Shown piece by piece: positions 37,831 to 50,555 of a DNA stretch of 64,000 nucleotides. Position numbers and translations under genes: made by a program. The stretch's first letter is position 1. Each line of letters begins with the position of its first letter. Below the pieces are notes generated by a model that saw only the letters and a program-made list of their open reading frames with translations, did not search any database and had not been told where the DNA came from. Source of the DNA: Chiloscyllium plagiosum (taxonomy: Eukaryota); the NCBI RefSeq assembly GCF_004010195.1, contig NC_057750.1:6031151-6095150 (forward strand). The letters are read 5' to 3'.

Positions 37831-39699
37831 CTGCAACAGAGCAGAAAGAGACAAAGGTTATAACCGAATGCAAATCTAATAAAGGGATTCATTTCCTGAA
37901 AAAAAAACAGGTTATGCCATTTCACCAAAAGTTCAAAGCAAAGTCTGAAGTGGGAAAAGGCCATTCTGCCCATCAAGCCTGCTCCTTCTAAAGTTACAAT
38001 ATTCCGCTCTCCCTTCCCTCTCAAATCTATTGATCCAATTGTCACTTAATTGCATGGGAGTCAGTTAGTTCAGTTGGCTGGATGGCTGGTGTGCAATGCA
38101 GAGTAACGCCAATGGTGTGGGTTCAATTCCTGCACAAGCTGGAATTATAATGAAGAACTCTCCTTCTTACCCTCTCCCCTCGCCTGAGGTATGGTGACCC
38201 TCAGTTTAACCACCAGTCATCACTCGGGAATGTGAGGAGCCCCATAGTCTGGCAGGATTATGGTCATTTTACATTTTTGACTCTTAGTTGCAGGAACAGA
38301 GGGGAAGTCCAGTGATGAAGAAACTGACTTTATCGCCAAGACATTACAGCCAAACCTACCACCAGGATTTTCATTTTGTTTGAATTGATTTCAGGCCAAC
38401 TTTATGAAGAACAACCTAATGCAAAGCCATCATTCACAGATCAAAGGTTGTCTGGCTCACTCACATCTGAGCATTGTCAACAGGCCAATTTCATGCCAAA
38501 GCTCATTTGAAAAATCACGCGCAGCACAGTACATGATCCACTGTGTGCGCAACTCTGAAACCAATGGAACTGGCTCCTACCAAGGCATCAGATCAATAAC
38601 CAACAGATAGCCACTCATAACACCTAGCTCTCTTCAACCTCAGTTTGCTAGGATGCAAGCTGCAATTCAGTTGCTTGGTGTTCCCTCAGTTCAAATGGAT
38701 ACACTACAAAAATGGCATATATTTATCATTTTACTTTACACACACTTCAAATATATTTAGCAATCATGCCTTTGTGGCATCTGGACTGAACTTTCCATGT
38801 GAATTTAACAAGACATTAAAAAGGGTTCACTCAGACTGTCCTGAAACAATTAAATTTCAGATTGGAAACTGTCTTAACTCTTGGAAATGCACAGAAAAAT
38901 CTTTAACCACAAGCACATAGGAGCCTTAGACACTCAGTGGATAGCAAAATTACAAGGCCAACAAGTGCGCAAACACGGACAAGAAAACAAAGCGTTAGCA
39001 TGAAACCCACCTTCAAACGAAGGCTGTGAAGATGACCGCGAGCGAGCAGCAATGTTGTGGGGTAGGGTGAGATCAAAAAGCCTGCTGCTAAAATAAGTTA
39101 CAAATACACCCAACCTGTATTTATAACAACTGACTGAACACAGAATGATTTTCTATTAAGCTTTTACTGAAGATTCATCACCCTTCTAGTTCCACTTTAA
39201 ATATCATGACAGTTCAGTGCATGCTCCAAACCATGCACTGCAGCAACAGTTTAAAAACAAACACTGCCAGCGCTTCGGGAATCTGCTGGAGAGTGACACA
39301 CTCAATATGTGAATCAAACTGGTACAAAGGACCAACATCAGGAGTCAGTCAAAAACAAGAACATCTAAACTTAACATCGGTTTGCTTTTTAATAAACTTA
39401 CAGTGCAATAACAGGACTGCCTGAGTGCAAGGCTTCCCTCAGTTCGGAGCAGAGGTGTTTGTGTGGATGAGCGGGATGACATCTTGTTTGAATACTATGA
39501 ACTCACTGCACTTCCAAATACCAAATGCAAGCCATCCTACAAAACGCTTCCCTCCCACCACGTTGCTTGTGTTCATAGCTTCAAGTTCCACACATCTTTT
39601 TTAAACCTCTCCTCTTTAACTGGTCAGGGCCCTGTAAAGATTCAGTTGTTTACAGAACTGCATGACTAACCAGGGAACTTCAGAGTGCTTTGCAGTAAA

Positions 39700-40345
39700 C
39701 TAGCATGCAGGTACTGCAAGTAATGAAGGCAAATGGAATTTTGGCATTTATTGCTAAAGGAAAAGAGTATAAATGTAACAAAGTTACTGCAACTGAACAA
39801 GATGTCAAGGAGATCATACTTGCAGTGCTTTGAGGAGGGATTTAGCTATATTGGAAGCAGTTCAGAGCATGTTCATTAGATCGATTCCAAACAGGGAGTT
39901 GTCTAATAAAGAGAGGAGACTGAGCAGTTTAGGCCTTTACTCTCTGAAGTTTAGAAGAACGACAGGAGATCTAATTGAGGTGTATGAGATGCTAAAGGTG
40001 ATTGACAAGGTGGACATAGAAAGGATGTTTCCTCATGTGACGCAACGTAGAACAAGAGGTCATAGTTTTAGGCTCAGGGCTAGCAGCTTTATAACAGAAA
40101 TGGGGATAAATTATTTCTCTCAAAGGGTCATGAATCTGTGGAATTCACTCCCCAAGATTACAGTGGATGCTGGGACAATGCGTAAGGTTAAGGGGAATAT
40201 AGACAGATTTTTAATTTTTAATGGGTTGAGGGGTAATGTAGAGTAGGCAAGAAAGTGGAGTTGAGGCCAAGATGAGATCAGCCACAATCATATCAAATGG
40301 CGGAACCAGGGCTGAATTGCTCAGTCCTGCTCCTAGTTCTTATTA
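39700..40345 (+). mobile_element. Old CR1 LINE 3' fragment
   Basis: ORF 39830-40246 LGLYSL...GDLIEVY...FSQRVMNLWNSLP. Confidence 0.85.
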
Positions 40346-40779
40346 GCCAGGTCTGTAAGGTGGAGGCAGACAAAAGCCAAACCCCATTATGATGACCCCC
40401 ATGTTCAAATATCTGCACTGAATCAATAACCAAACAGTTTTATGGACCCTAACATGTTAATATATTTAGGAAAAGAGAAAATGACAAACTGAATTAATAA
40501 CAAAATAAACACAAGGCTCACAATCACAACAGATAAATAACAAGGAGGAAGAAATGCACATTAACATATTACCAAACACATCTGCAGGATAGCCCAAAGT
40601 AGTCTCCAGCTAATGAATTGCATATGAAATGCTGTCATGCATACAGGAAAATGCATGCACACAGCCAGGTCCCACAAACAGTACTGGTGCTACTTAAAGG
40701 TAAAACTGGTCACTTTTCATAAAAGTTGGAGAAGATCCTGGTAATCATCTCTGCTCTATGTGGCAAAACAAAGGGATGT

Positions 40780-41110
40780 AATGATCCAGCGGTATTACGG
40801 CTTGACTATTAATCCAGAGACTCAGGTAATGGTCTGGGGACGTGCCATAACAGATGGTGGAATTTGAATTCAATAAAAATCTGGAATTAAGAGTCTAATG
40901 GGGACCATGAATCCATTGCTGATTGTCAGAAAAACCCATCTGGTTCACTAATGTCCTTTAGGGAAGAAAAATGCCACCCTTAGCTGGTCTGGCCTACATG
41001 TGACTCCAGACCTACAGCAATGTGGTTGACTCAACTGCTCTCTTCAGCAATTAGGGGTGGCAATAAATGCTGGGCCTAGCCAGGGACATCCTAATGCTGT
41101 AAACGTATGA
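40780..41110 (+). mobile_element. Old SINE-like family (other copies ~11850-12345, ~13600-13960 minus, ~21505-21830, ~32520-32740, ~35140-35480)
   Basis: Shared GGCCTACATGTGACTCCAGAC..CAGCAATGTGGTTGACTC and GGCAAT.AGGG.TGG.CAATAAATG tail. Confidence 0.65.
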
Positions 41111-41614
41111 AAACAACAAACCACAGGGTCTTTTAAGTACATGGCTCTGATGTAACCGCTCAGTTGAAAGTGGACATCTGAAAATGCAGGACACCCCAAG
41201 TACTCCACTAGTCATGACTAATGCTCCAGTCCCAAATGAGGCTGAAACTCTCACCTTCTGATTTAGAGGTGAATGTACTGCCATCCACTATACCAAACTG
41301 GCTAATACCCACTCTTCAATAAAATCTGCGTGAAGGTATAAATCCTCCCTCCTGTGAAGTTTAGAAATTTATAATCTAACCGCCTGGACACACAGAGCCC
41401 GTACAAAATCCACGGAGTTTTGTCTCAAATGGCCAAGATTTTAAAAAAACTTAAGTAGTTTTCTATTTTAAATCTGTAACAGACAGTACGAAATAAATTC
41501 AGTGAAACCAGAAACATTGCAGAGCTTTTGAGGGATGGGCAATAGATGCTGGCCTAACCAGTGATCCCGAATGAATAAAGACATTTTGGGAACATTGACT
41601 GTAAGAAGAGTGGA

Positions 41615-41737
41615 GAAAGTGAGGTCTGCAGATGCTGGAGATCAGAGCTGGAAATGTGTTGCTGGAAAAGCACAGCAGGTCAGGCAGCATCCAGGGAACA
41701 GGAGAATCGACGTTTCGGGCGTAAGCCCTTCATCAGG
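41615..41737 (-). mobile_element. Penelope pseudo-LTR-derived monomer with hammerhead core, 12-bp TSD
   Basis: AAGAAGAGTGGA at 41603-41614 and 41738-41749. Same sequence family as the 3' end of the GIY-YIG fragment at 6430-6555. Confidence 0.8.
41709..41736 (-). ncRNA. Minimal hammerhead ribozyme-like core
   Basis: CUGAUGA-A-GGGC-UUAC-GCCC-GAAA-CGUC: both conserved boxes intact, 4-bp stem II, palindromic ACGU stem III, GUC triplet. Confidence 0.65.
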
Positions 41738-41905
41738 AAGAAGAGTGGACTGACTCGAAGGCGGTGGGGAAGTGAGAGGTGGAGAACATTACAGATCATC
41801 ATAGTTCAATATTAATGGGATGAGTTCAGTTTAGGAAACCTGGTCGACACGAATGAGCTGGGCCGAAGGGACAGTTTCCATGCTGTATGACTCTAATTTT
41901 GTTAG

Positions 41906-42130
41906 AGGAGAAAGTGAGGTCTGCAGATGCTGGAGATCAAAGTTGAAACTTTATTGCTGGAACAGCACAGCAGGTCAGGCAGCATCCAGGGAACAGGAGA
42001 TTCGACGTTTCGGGCACAGGCCCTTCTTCAGGAAATTTCCTGAAGAAGGGCCTGTGCCCGAAACGTCGAATCTCCTGTTCCCTGGATGCTGCCTGACCTG
42101 CTGTGCTGTTCCAGCAATAAAGTTTCAACT
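41906..42130. mobile_element. Penelope-derived short element containing a perfect 190-bp palindrome (41941-42130), 16-bp TSD
   Basis: Arms are exact reverse complements about GGAAA|TTTCC (42035/42036). ACTCTAATTTTGTTAG at 41890-41905 and 42128-42143. Confidence 0.85.
42040..42067 (+). ncRNA. Minimal hammerhead ribozyme-like core (identical mirror copy at 42004-42031 on the minus strand)
   Basis: CUGAAGA-A-GGGC-CUGU-GCCC-GAAA-CGUC, flanked by UUC/GAA stem I. Confidence 0.65.
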
Positions 42131-43264
42131 CTAATTTTGTTAGCACACTGTCTTTTACAATTTTGTGAGTATAGTCAGACTGCAGAGTTTTCACTCCAAG
42201 AGTTGTGTCCAAGCACTTCTAAACAGTGGAAAGTACTGATGCTTAGAAGCCTATTGGTAGGGAGGGTGAGCAATTTGAAATAAATCACTGGGGTTTTGCA
42301 ATGATTTTGCCAACCAACACAGGTTCTTGATCCAGCAACTTTTATATTCCTACCCGGTTTTCCAAAGTCTTCCATGGCCTTATCCACCAATCTCTAATAT
42401 CTTATCTAGTCCTATAATCACTAAGATGTCTGCACTTGAGCACCTCAATTTTAATTGCTCCAGCAGTGGAGACTGCCTCTGCTCTAAGCTTTAGAACTTT
42501 CTCTCCACACCTTTGTCTCTCCAACCTAGGGTCTTTAAGATACTGCCTCTTTGACCTGAAGTTTGGTCACATGCCCAAGTATCTTTTCTTGAGTCAGATT
42601 GCGCTTGATAGCACCACTGTAAAACATCGTGGCACCTGGTACTATGTCAATGATACTGTGCAAATACAAGTCGTTGCTGATTAGCTGCAATACAGAAGCT
42701 TTGAGGCTTGTTCAACCGCTTGCGTTGATATGAGCCCATCTTGACTGGGATTGCAGTAAAGACAACAACATTGGTTTCCATGGCCTTGAATTGGCAAAGT
42801 GAATTCCAATCAGGATTCCTGCCACTGAGCTCTAAGGAATAAATGCTCTGCAAAAAACATGCCAGTGGATAGTGGGACCTCCCCTGCAGCGCCAGTTATC
42901 ACTCACTTTATTACTGGGCGGAGGTGGGAAATAAAACAGAGTCAAAGTAAAACATGGAAGAATGCAGCATGTTCCAATGAAACTAGTTTATTTAGCCAGC
43001 TGTGTTAGGGACATAGGAGCAGGAGTAGGCCAGGCAGCCTCTCAAATCTGCTCCAACATGCCATGAAAATGACTAAAAGGATCTGGATCCTAACTCTGAT
43101 TCCATTCTGTTTTACTGTTCCTATTCTGTTTACCCAGGTTCTTTCTTTGCACACTTGAAATCCCTCAAGTCCCATGTGTTGACAAGTCAACCAATTCTAT
43201 CTGACTTGCTGACTGTTTCCAGCTTTCACACCCTACAACCAAGCCCCTGTTAATCGTGACTCAA

Positions 43265-43640
43265 CTTGTAGCACACTCATCTCTGAGTCACAAAGTTCAG
43301 AGTTCAACCAGGGCATGAACAAAATATGTACAATACACCCAATGCCATACTGATGGTGTGCTGACTGCCAAAGATGCTATCCTTCTTTTGGTCGAGGTTG
43401 AAACAAGACTCTGTCTGCCCTTCAGGTGGGTGCAAAATTCCAACAGCACTATTTTGGAGAACAGGAAAACTCTTCCTGGGGATCTGGCTAGTACTTATCC
43501 CTCTGCCTACACCACAAGAGCAGGTCACCTTTTCATTTTCATATCGGTCTTTGTTACGATCTTGCTGTGCGTAAGCTGGCTTCCACATGGCAACAGTGAT
43601 TTCAGAAAAACATTATTAGCTATAAAATACTTTTAAATGC
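43265..43640 (+). mobile_element. DeuSINE-type SINE (other copies ~19430-19690 minus, ~20120-20350, ~25270-25380, ~45950-46210)
   Basis: Degenerate Deu-domain-like core (..GAGG..AAAC.AG.C.CTGTCTGCCCT.CAGGTGG..G.AAAA..CC..GCACTATTT..GAGCAGG), recognised from memory. Confidence 0.6.
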
Positions 43641-43959
43641 CTCCTGGTCATGAGAGCCACTCTAAAAATGTCAGTCTTTCATCCGTTTAACATTTCTGAT
43701 TTTTAAAATTTGCGTCTAAATCACAAGACAAAGGGAGTCTGATTGTTATTTGCACAGTTGACTTGAAAAAAATACCCATACAACACTCCAGTTGACACTG
43801 GATTAATTCCAAAAGGTATTGCATGATCTGGAGCAAAGGTAACTGCATGGAATTAGATCACAGATCAGGCAACCTTTTGCAACAACAGGATAGATTTATG
43901 GGGCTAAATGGCCTCCACCATTTTCTTTAAAAGAGCAAAGTCAGTAGATTCCCACTCAC

Positions 43960-44201
43960 CGTATCGTAGTCTTTGAGCGCTGCCTTAAACTTGCCCAATG
44001 CCATGTTGGCTGTCGCCCTCCTGTAGTATCCTTTAATGTATTTCTTATCCAGCTCCACTGCCTTGGTGGCATCTGACAAGGCGTACCCATAACATTCAGT
44101 CCGTAAGTATGCCAAGCTGCGGTTCCCATAATAAATAGCATTCTCCGAGTTCAGCTCGATGGCCAGTGTATAATACTTAATGGCATTATCGTAATCCTTA
44201 T
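43960..44201 (-). CDS. PPP5C: PPP5C exon 2 (TPR repeats: KDYDNAIKYYTLAIELNSENAIYYGNRSLAYLRTECYGYALSDATKAVELDKKYIKGYYRRATANMALGKFKAALKDYDT)
   Basis: ttgcag| acceptor, |gtgagt donor, 242 nt, frame-consistent; recognisable PP5 TPR sequence. Confidence 0.97.
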
Positions 44202-47200
44202 CTGCAAGGGGAACAGACTGGTATTAAAAAAACTGACAAGGGGCAATTCAGCTAGCTAAAGTTTGTGGAGTTCACTAGAAATTATGGCAATTGGTGACCA
44301 ACACGGCACACAGTAATCATGTATTAGAAACTATCAATTTGGTCAAGTTGGCTCATTTCAAATTTAGCACTTGTCACAGATTGTGTATAAGTGCAAGACA
44401 GAAGCCAGAATGAACAGTCCAATCTTCAAATTTGTTGCTCCCTACCTATGGCCTTAACTTAATGGTTCTCATCCTTTTCTGAAGGTGCAAAATGAAACTG
44501 GGCTACATCCCCCCCAAGTCCCTTCCCAGGGTGCTCACCGTTCGTCTGTGACTTGGTAGTGCAGCCATGGACAGCATCACTAACCAGCATGTGCTCTTTC
44601 CAAGGCTGATTCATTGGCAACCAATCATGAATAATATAGCTATGACCCAGCGGCTATGCTGACAGCCAAGAGAGGAATTACCTCATTACTGGGTCACAGG
44701 ACCTATCACTTTTAATTAACGTTTTCACATCAAGTGGAATTTAAAATGTTAAAGGAGCACACAGAGGAAACTAAGTCATTTTATTCATTAAAATGCTTAC
44801 TGTCTGTTCAGAATCAGTCCATTCTAGTGTGGAACACCACTTCAGATCAGTTCAATAGCAATGTCTTTGCCTCAAATTCAGAAGACTGCGAGTAGAAATT
44901 TCTCTCCTGGATTTGAGTACATGATAGAAACACAGAAGGAGGAACATGCCTATAGCCTGTTAATCCATTTTGAATCCGGTCATTAAACTAGGAGGCCAGA
45001 TGCCAACCTTTTACTCAATATTAGATTTATTTACAGAATGCAACACAAATGTCTGCCTCTTCCTGAATCAGCACCTCATGTCCCAGAAAGCTCGCTTTAT
45101 ACTCCTGATAAATCTTGCTTTGGGAATAGGTTTGATGGCCAGCAGAGGCATCAAACAACTACCTTCGCATTGTTACCACCAAGCTCTAACCACTTAGCTA
45201 ACTGGCTGCTGGTAAGCAGATGAAATATTCAGACAGCTACACCTTCCACCCCTGGATGCTGGTGAACGATCAACCTTTCAGTTCACAGCCAAATACACTA
45301 ACCAAGATGTCCTCAGATACTGAGAACACTCACTCTCTACCCTCTTTTGAAATGAGTTTAAACTGAACCAAAATAATAAAATTAACAAATGGCAGCGTCT
45401 TAAAGGGCACTGTAACAAAAATCAAAATAAAATAAAACTAAAATGTCAATATTGACTAAAATACATGCCAGCTTCTGCAGTGCCCACGTGTCGGGGAAGA
45501 ACTTAAATGTATGTTCTGCCTCCAAGAAGTTGGTTCTAATTAATGCCTCCATGGCCTGCTGCTTGGATCTGCTGATGGTCACATTGGCAAGGCCCAGGAG
45601 TAGACCTGTGAGGAGGTCCTTTGATTTGGCTACAATACCTCCCCCACATACACAGACCAGGTGGCCAAAGATTAGTAGCCTGGGGCTCAAGTTCAACCAA
45701 AATTAAGAAGGAGCCTCCAAAAAAAGTAAAAAAGGTCCGTTGCCTTACATAACTAGGGTACATTCAGAATATATATTGCTCAAGGCCAGAAGCAGGTCTT
45801 TGTATGTTCAAAGTACATAATCAATATCTTGCACCTGTATATCTCAATGATTCAATTAACATAGCAATAACAGAGTCTATCGCACCATTCCATCAGATCA
45901 TGGCTGATTCCTATTTTATGACTTTCAATTACTTGCATCAGCCAACATTCGAGGACAGACTGCTGTATTATCAAAAGTATTAACTTCCGTATGAAACATT
46001 AAAACAAGGACCCATCTATCCAGTCAGATGGACATGAAATAGCATGTGAGCACTACCTTATGCGACTTCCTTCATAGTCTTGGCCAATAGTGGCCCCTCA
46101 GTAAAAGTCATGAGCAAGAGGTGAGCTAATCATTCATCTTGCTACTTTATGTACATTTGCTGCCCTTCAATTATCTGCCGATTTTAACACAGCAACACTG
46201 ACTACACTCCAATGTCCCAAGATACAAAAGTGGACAGACAAGAAACATGTAATAGTAATGCACTCGTCCAAATTTAATATTCAATTTTCTGGAGGTCCCT
46301 TGTCCACCATCACTTGTTAGGCCAATAATATTGCTGCCTGTACCCAATAGAACTTCAAAAGGCTATTTACTAGACGGCAAAAGAGGGTTCTGAGAATGTC
46401 ATTATTGATAAGAGAATGACAATTATTGGGAAATTGGTGAAGCTGGGATTGTTCCTCCCAGGACAGAGGAGAACTGATCGATATACTCAAAATCGATAAC
46501 TGTTTTGCTCGAACTAAATGAAAGAACTTGTTTCAAGTGGCAGAGGGGTAGGGAAATACAGCAAACAAGATTATTTAAATCAGGAGCCTAAATAATGCAG
46601 CGGTATTGAGACAATCTGGGTACCTTTGTACATGAATCACAAAAAGCTATGAGCAACCAGGCAGGCACTGTTCAAATAAAAGCCGGGTCTGGCCAAGTTT
46701 CTCCCACAGTTTCTGTTTCTTTTTTCAGATCTCCAGCATTGTCAGTACTTTGCTTTTATTACAGGTTTCTCAATATCTCCTGATAAGTCAATCCCATGGA
46801 ATTATCGAGTGAACCTCTCTCTATGGTAAAGGTATCTTTCCTTAGATAAGGAGGCAAAAACTGGACATAACCAAAGCTCTATAAAACTGTAGCAAGAGAT
46901 CTATTTTCCTGTAGTCGGAGAGTGTATCTGCTGACACTCCACGTATACATATACAAACATGCACAATGTTGCACCCCTCATGCAATGTCATTCCAACCCA
47001 TTCACTCTTAATTGGACAGAGCAATTATTTTTCCAAACCAGCAGAGCATCACTCAACATGCACATTGTGAATCTTCTGGGGGTATCAGGAGACAGAGCCT
47101 TACCCAAACTCTCTCTAGATAACTTCTAACATTACTTGCCTGTCCAATTGCTTGCTGCACCTGCAAGCTAGCTTGTAGTGATCCATGGATAAGGACACCC

Positions 47201-47294
47201 CAATTCTTTCAGATATCTCGATCTCTTCACCTTTAAGTAATATTCTACTTTTTTATCTAACAAAATGAAAACTTCATGTTTTACATTGCATTCC

Positions 47295-48365
47295 TTGATT
47301 AAATGCAGTCAGCACGGCTTTGAGAGGGACAGGTCATGCCTCACAAATCTTATTGAATTCTTGAGGATGTTATGAGACAAGTTGATGAGGGTCGAGCGGT
47401 GGATGTGGTGTATATGGACTTCAGCAAGGAATTTAATAAGGTTCCCCATGATAGGCTCGTTCAGAAGGTCAGGAGGAATGGGATACAGGGAAATTTAGCT
47501 GTCTGGATACAGAATTGGCTGGTCGTCAGAAGACAGCGAGTGGTAGTGGAAGGAAAGTATCCTGCCTGGAAGTCAGTGGTGAGTGGTGTTCCACAGAGCT
47601 CTGTTCTTCGGCCTCTACTCTTTGTAATTTTTATTCATGACTTGGATGAGGGGATTGAAGGATGGGTTAGCAAGTTTGCAGATGACACAAAGGTTGGAGG
47701 TGTCGTTGACAGTATAGAGGGCTGTTGTAGGCTGCAGCGTGACATTGACAGGATGCAGAGATGNNNNNNNNNNNNNNNNNNNNNNNNNNNNNNNNNNNNN
47801 NNNNNNNNNNNNNNNNNNNNNNNNNNNNNNNNNNNNNNNNNNNNNNNNNNNNNNNNNNNNNNNNNNNNNNNNNNNNNNNNNNNNNNNNNNNNNNNNNNNN
47901 NNNNNNNNNNNNNNNNNNNNNNNNNNNNNNNNNNNNNNNNNNNNNNNNNNNNNNNNNNNNNNNNNNNNNNNNNNNNNNNNNNNNNNNNNNNNNNNNNNNN
48001 NNNNNNNNNNNNNNNNNNNNNNNNNNNNNNNNNNNNNNNNNNNNNNNNNNNNNNNNNNNNNNNNNNNNNNNNNNNNNNNNNNNNNNNNNNNNNNNNNNNN
48101 NNNNNNNNNNNNNNNNNNNNNNNNNNNNNNNNNNNNNNNNNNNNNNNNNNNNNNNNNNNNNNNNNNNNNNNNNNNNNNNNNGGAACGCGTTGCCAGCAGC
48201 AGTTGTGGAAGCGAGGTCATTGGGGATATCTAAGAGACTGCTGGACATGCATATGGTCACAGACATTTGAGGGTTCGTACATTAGGTTTACCTTACATGA
48301 GGATCAATGGTCAGCACAACATTGTGGGTTGAAGGGCCTGTACTGTGCTGTCCTGTTCTATGTTT
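47295..48365 (+). mobile_element. CR1 LINE fragment spanning a gap
   Basis: VDVVYMDFSK...GVPQ..VL.PLLFVIFI.DLD...SKFADDTK. Confidence 0.9.
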
Positions 48366-49829
48366 TATTCCAGCTGCCACATTCAAGCCCATTCACTTAG
48401 CCCATCTGAGTTTTTTGATGCCTCACTGTACCTTCCTTACAACCTGCACTCCCACCCAGTTTGGTGATGTCAGCAAATGTCGCAACAATACATTCTGTCC
48501 CCAAATCGAAATCATTCATAAATATTCTGTTCAGTTGTGGATGAACCACTTTGGACTTTGTGGTACCCCACTAATAACAGCCCACCATCAGAGAATGATC
48601 CGTTTATTACTACTCTCTGCATTAATTCCAACATTTTGCTTTATGTCTATTTACCAATTCTCAATCAACACAAATATATTCTCCCAATACCATGCATTCT
48701 AATTTAATTTGAAAACACTCAAAATCACAAATCCAAATAAACCTGTTGGACTATAACCTGGTGTTGTGTGATTTTTAACTTTGTACACCCCAGTCGAACA
48801 CCAGCACCTCCACATCTTAATTCAATAACTTCCTGCGAGCAACCCTGATCAAAAGCCTTCTGAAAATCTAAATACACTACCTTCACTATTGGACATCTTG
48901 AAAAAGCTCTGACTTTGTCAAATACAATTGCGCTCTCACAAATTCATGTTGACACCTCCCAAGTTTGCCATTTCTTTTCTAAATGTTTAGTTAAAATAAC
49001 AGATTCGAAAATTTTTCCCTATGATAGGCATCAAGTTAATAGGACTGGAGAGCTACTGGTGACTGTGCAGATGATCTGAATGCCAAACAGTGACACTGTG
49101 AGCAAAATTGAATGTTAATTGCTAAGCCATGATGGGTACCAGAAAGATGCCAAAGACACAACCCACTATCACTAGTTTCCATACATACAAAGAAGGACAC
49201 CACTTTGACTGGGACAACACACACATCCTAGGACAGGTGAAACAAAGACACGCATGAGAATTCTTTGAGGCATAGCACTCCATCAATAAACACATTGACT
49301 TAGGTCCCATCTACCTTCCCTTGAAAAAAGAACTGGAAATGACATCACCCATCTTAAGAAACCAAAATCTATAAAGAGAGAGGTGGTACATCAGTGCTTC
49401 ACCGACTCTCACTGATGATGTTACCTAGTCATGATGACGAAACATCTTAAAACAAACCTTCCAGCTCAGCAAGCTAACTTACATACTTATGGGTAAGTCT
49501 TGTCACTGTCATGTCTAAGATGGTTAGAACCTGAGATAAATCAATTTATCTAAAAAGATTCCTTGCACGTTGTTTCTTTACAAAGACAGACTACTTTGCA
49601 GCAATAAGCTAGGAGCCTGAGGTTTCCAAGCAGATATTATTCCCATCTTCTTGATTTTGGGCAGCTGCAGTTACCTGTTGCAGCTGCTTGACAAATGACC
49701 TTAACAGTATTGACACGTGGATAGAGATGCTAAATTGAGGCTGCGCCTACCCTCTGAACTGGATGCTGAAAAATCCTCCATTTGTTTTCTATATTGCAAC
49801 ACTGACTTAAAAGCAAAATATTGCAAGTA

Positions 49830-50555
49830 GAGTCATACAGCTGTACAGCAAAGTAACAGACCCTTCGGTTCAACTCATCCATGCTGACCAGATATCCTAA
49901 ATTAATCTAGTCCCATGTGATCAGACCATATTTACAATATTGTGAGCAATTTTGGGTCCCATATCTCAGGAAGGATGTACCGGCCCTGAAGAGAATCCAG
50001 AGGAGGTTCATGAGAATGATCCCAGGAATTAAAAGGTTAACATTGAGGAACATTTGAGGAGTCAAAGTCTATACGCGATAGCATTTAGAAGGATGAGGGA
50101 ATCTAATTGAAACTTACAGAAAATGAATGGTCAGTACAGAGTGGACTTTGGGAAGATGTTTCCATGAGCAGGACAGATTAGGACCCGAAGACACAGCCAT
50201 AGAGTAAAGGAATGACCCTTCAGAATGGAGATGAGGAGAATCTTCTTCAGCCAGAGAGTAGTGAATCTATAGAATTCCTTGGCAGAGAATGTTGTGGAGG
50301 CCAGGTCATTGAGTACACTTAAGACGGAGATAGATAGGTTCTTGATTGCTAAGGGGATAAAAGGTTACAGGGAGAATGGGTTTGAGAAACTTATCAGGCA
50401 TGATTGAATGGCAGAGAAGACTCGATGGGCTGAATAGCCTAATTTCTGCTCCTGTCTCGTTTGGTCTTATTGGCCAGCATTTGATCCATAGCCCTTTAAA
50501 TCCTTCTTATTCATGTATCCATCCAGATGCCTTTTAAATGTTGTAATTTTACCAT
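49830..50555. mobile_element. CR1 3' end (minus) interrupted by another CR1 fragment (plus, ~49920-50470)
   Basis: 49830-49917 and 50472-50555 are collinear minus-strand CR1 3'UTR; the middle part is plus-strand CR1 C-terminus. Confidence 0.7.

Noticed and set aside
41853..42212. Identical peptide encoded on both strands
   Set aside because: Direct consequence of the DNA palindrome; no coding evidence.
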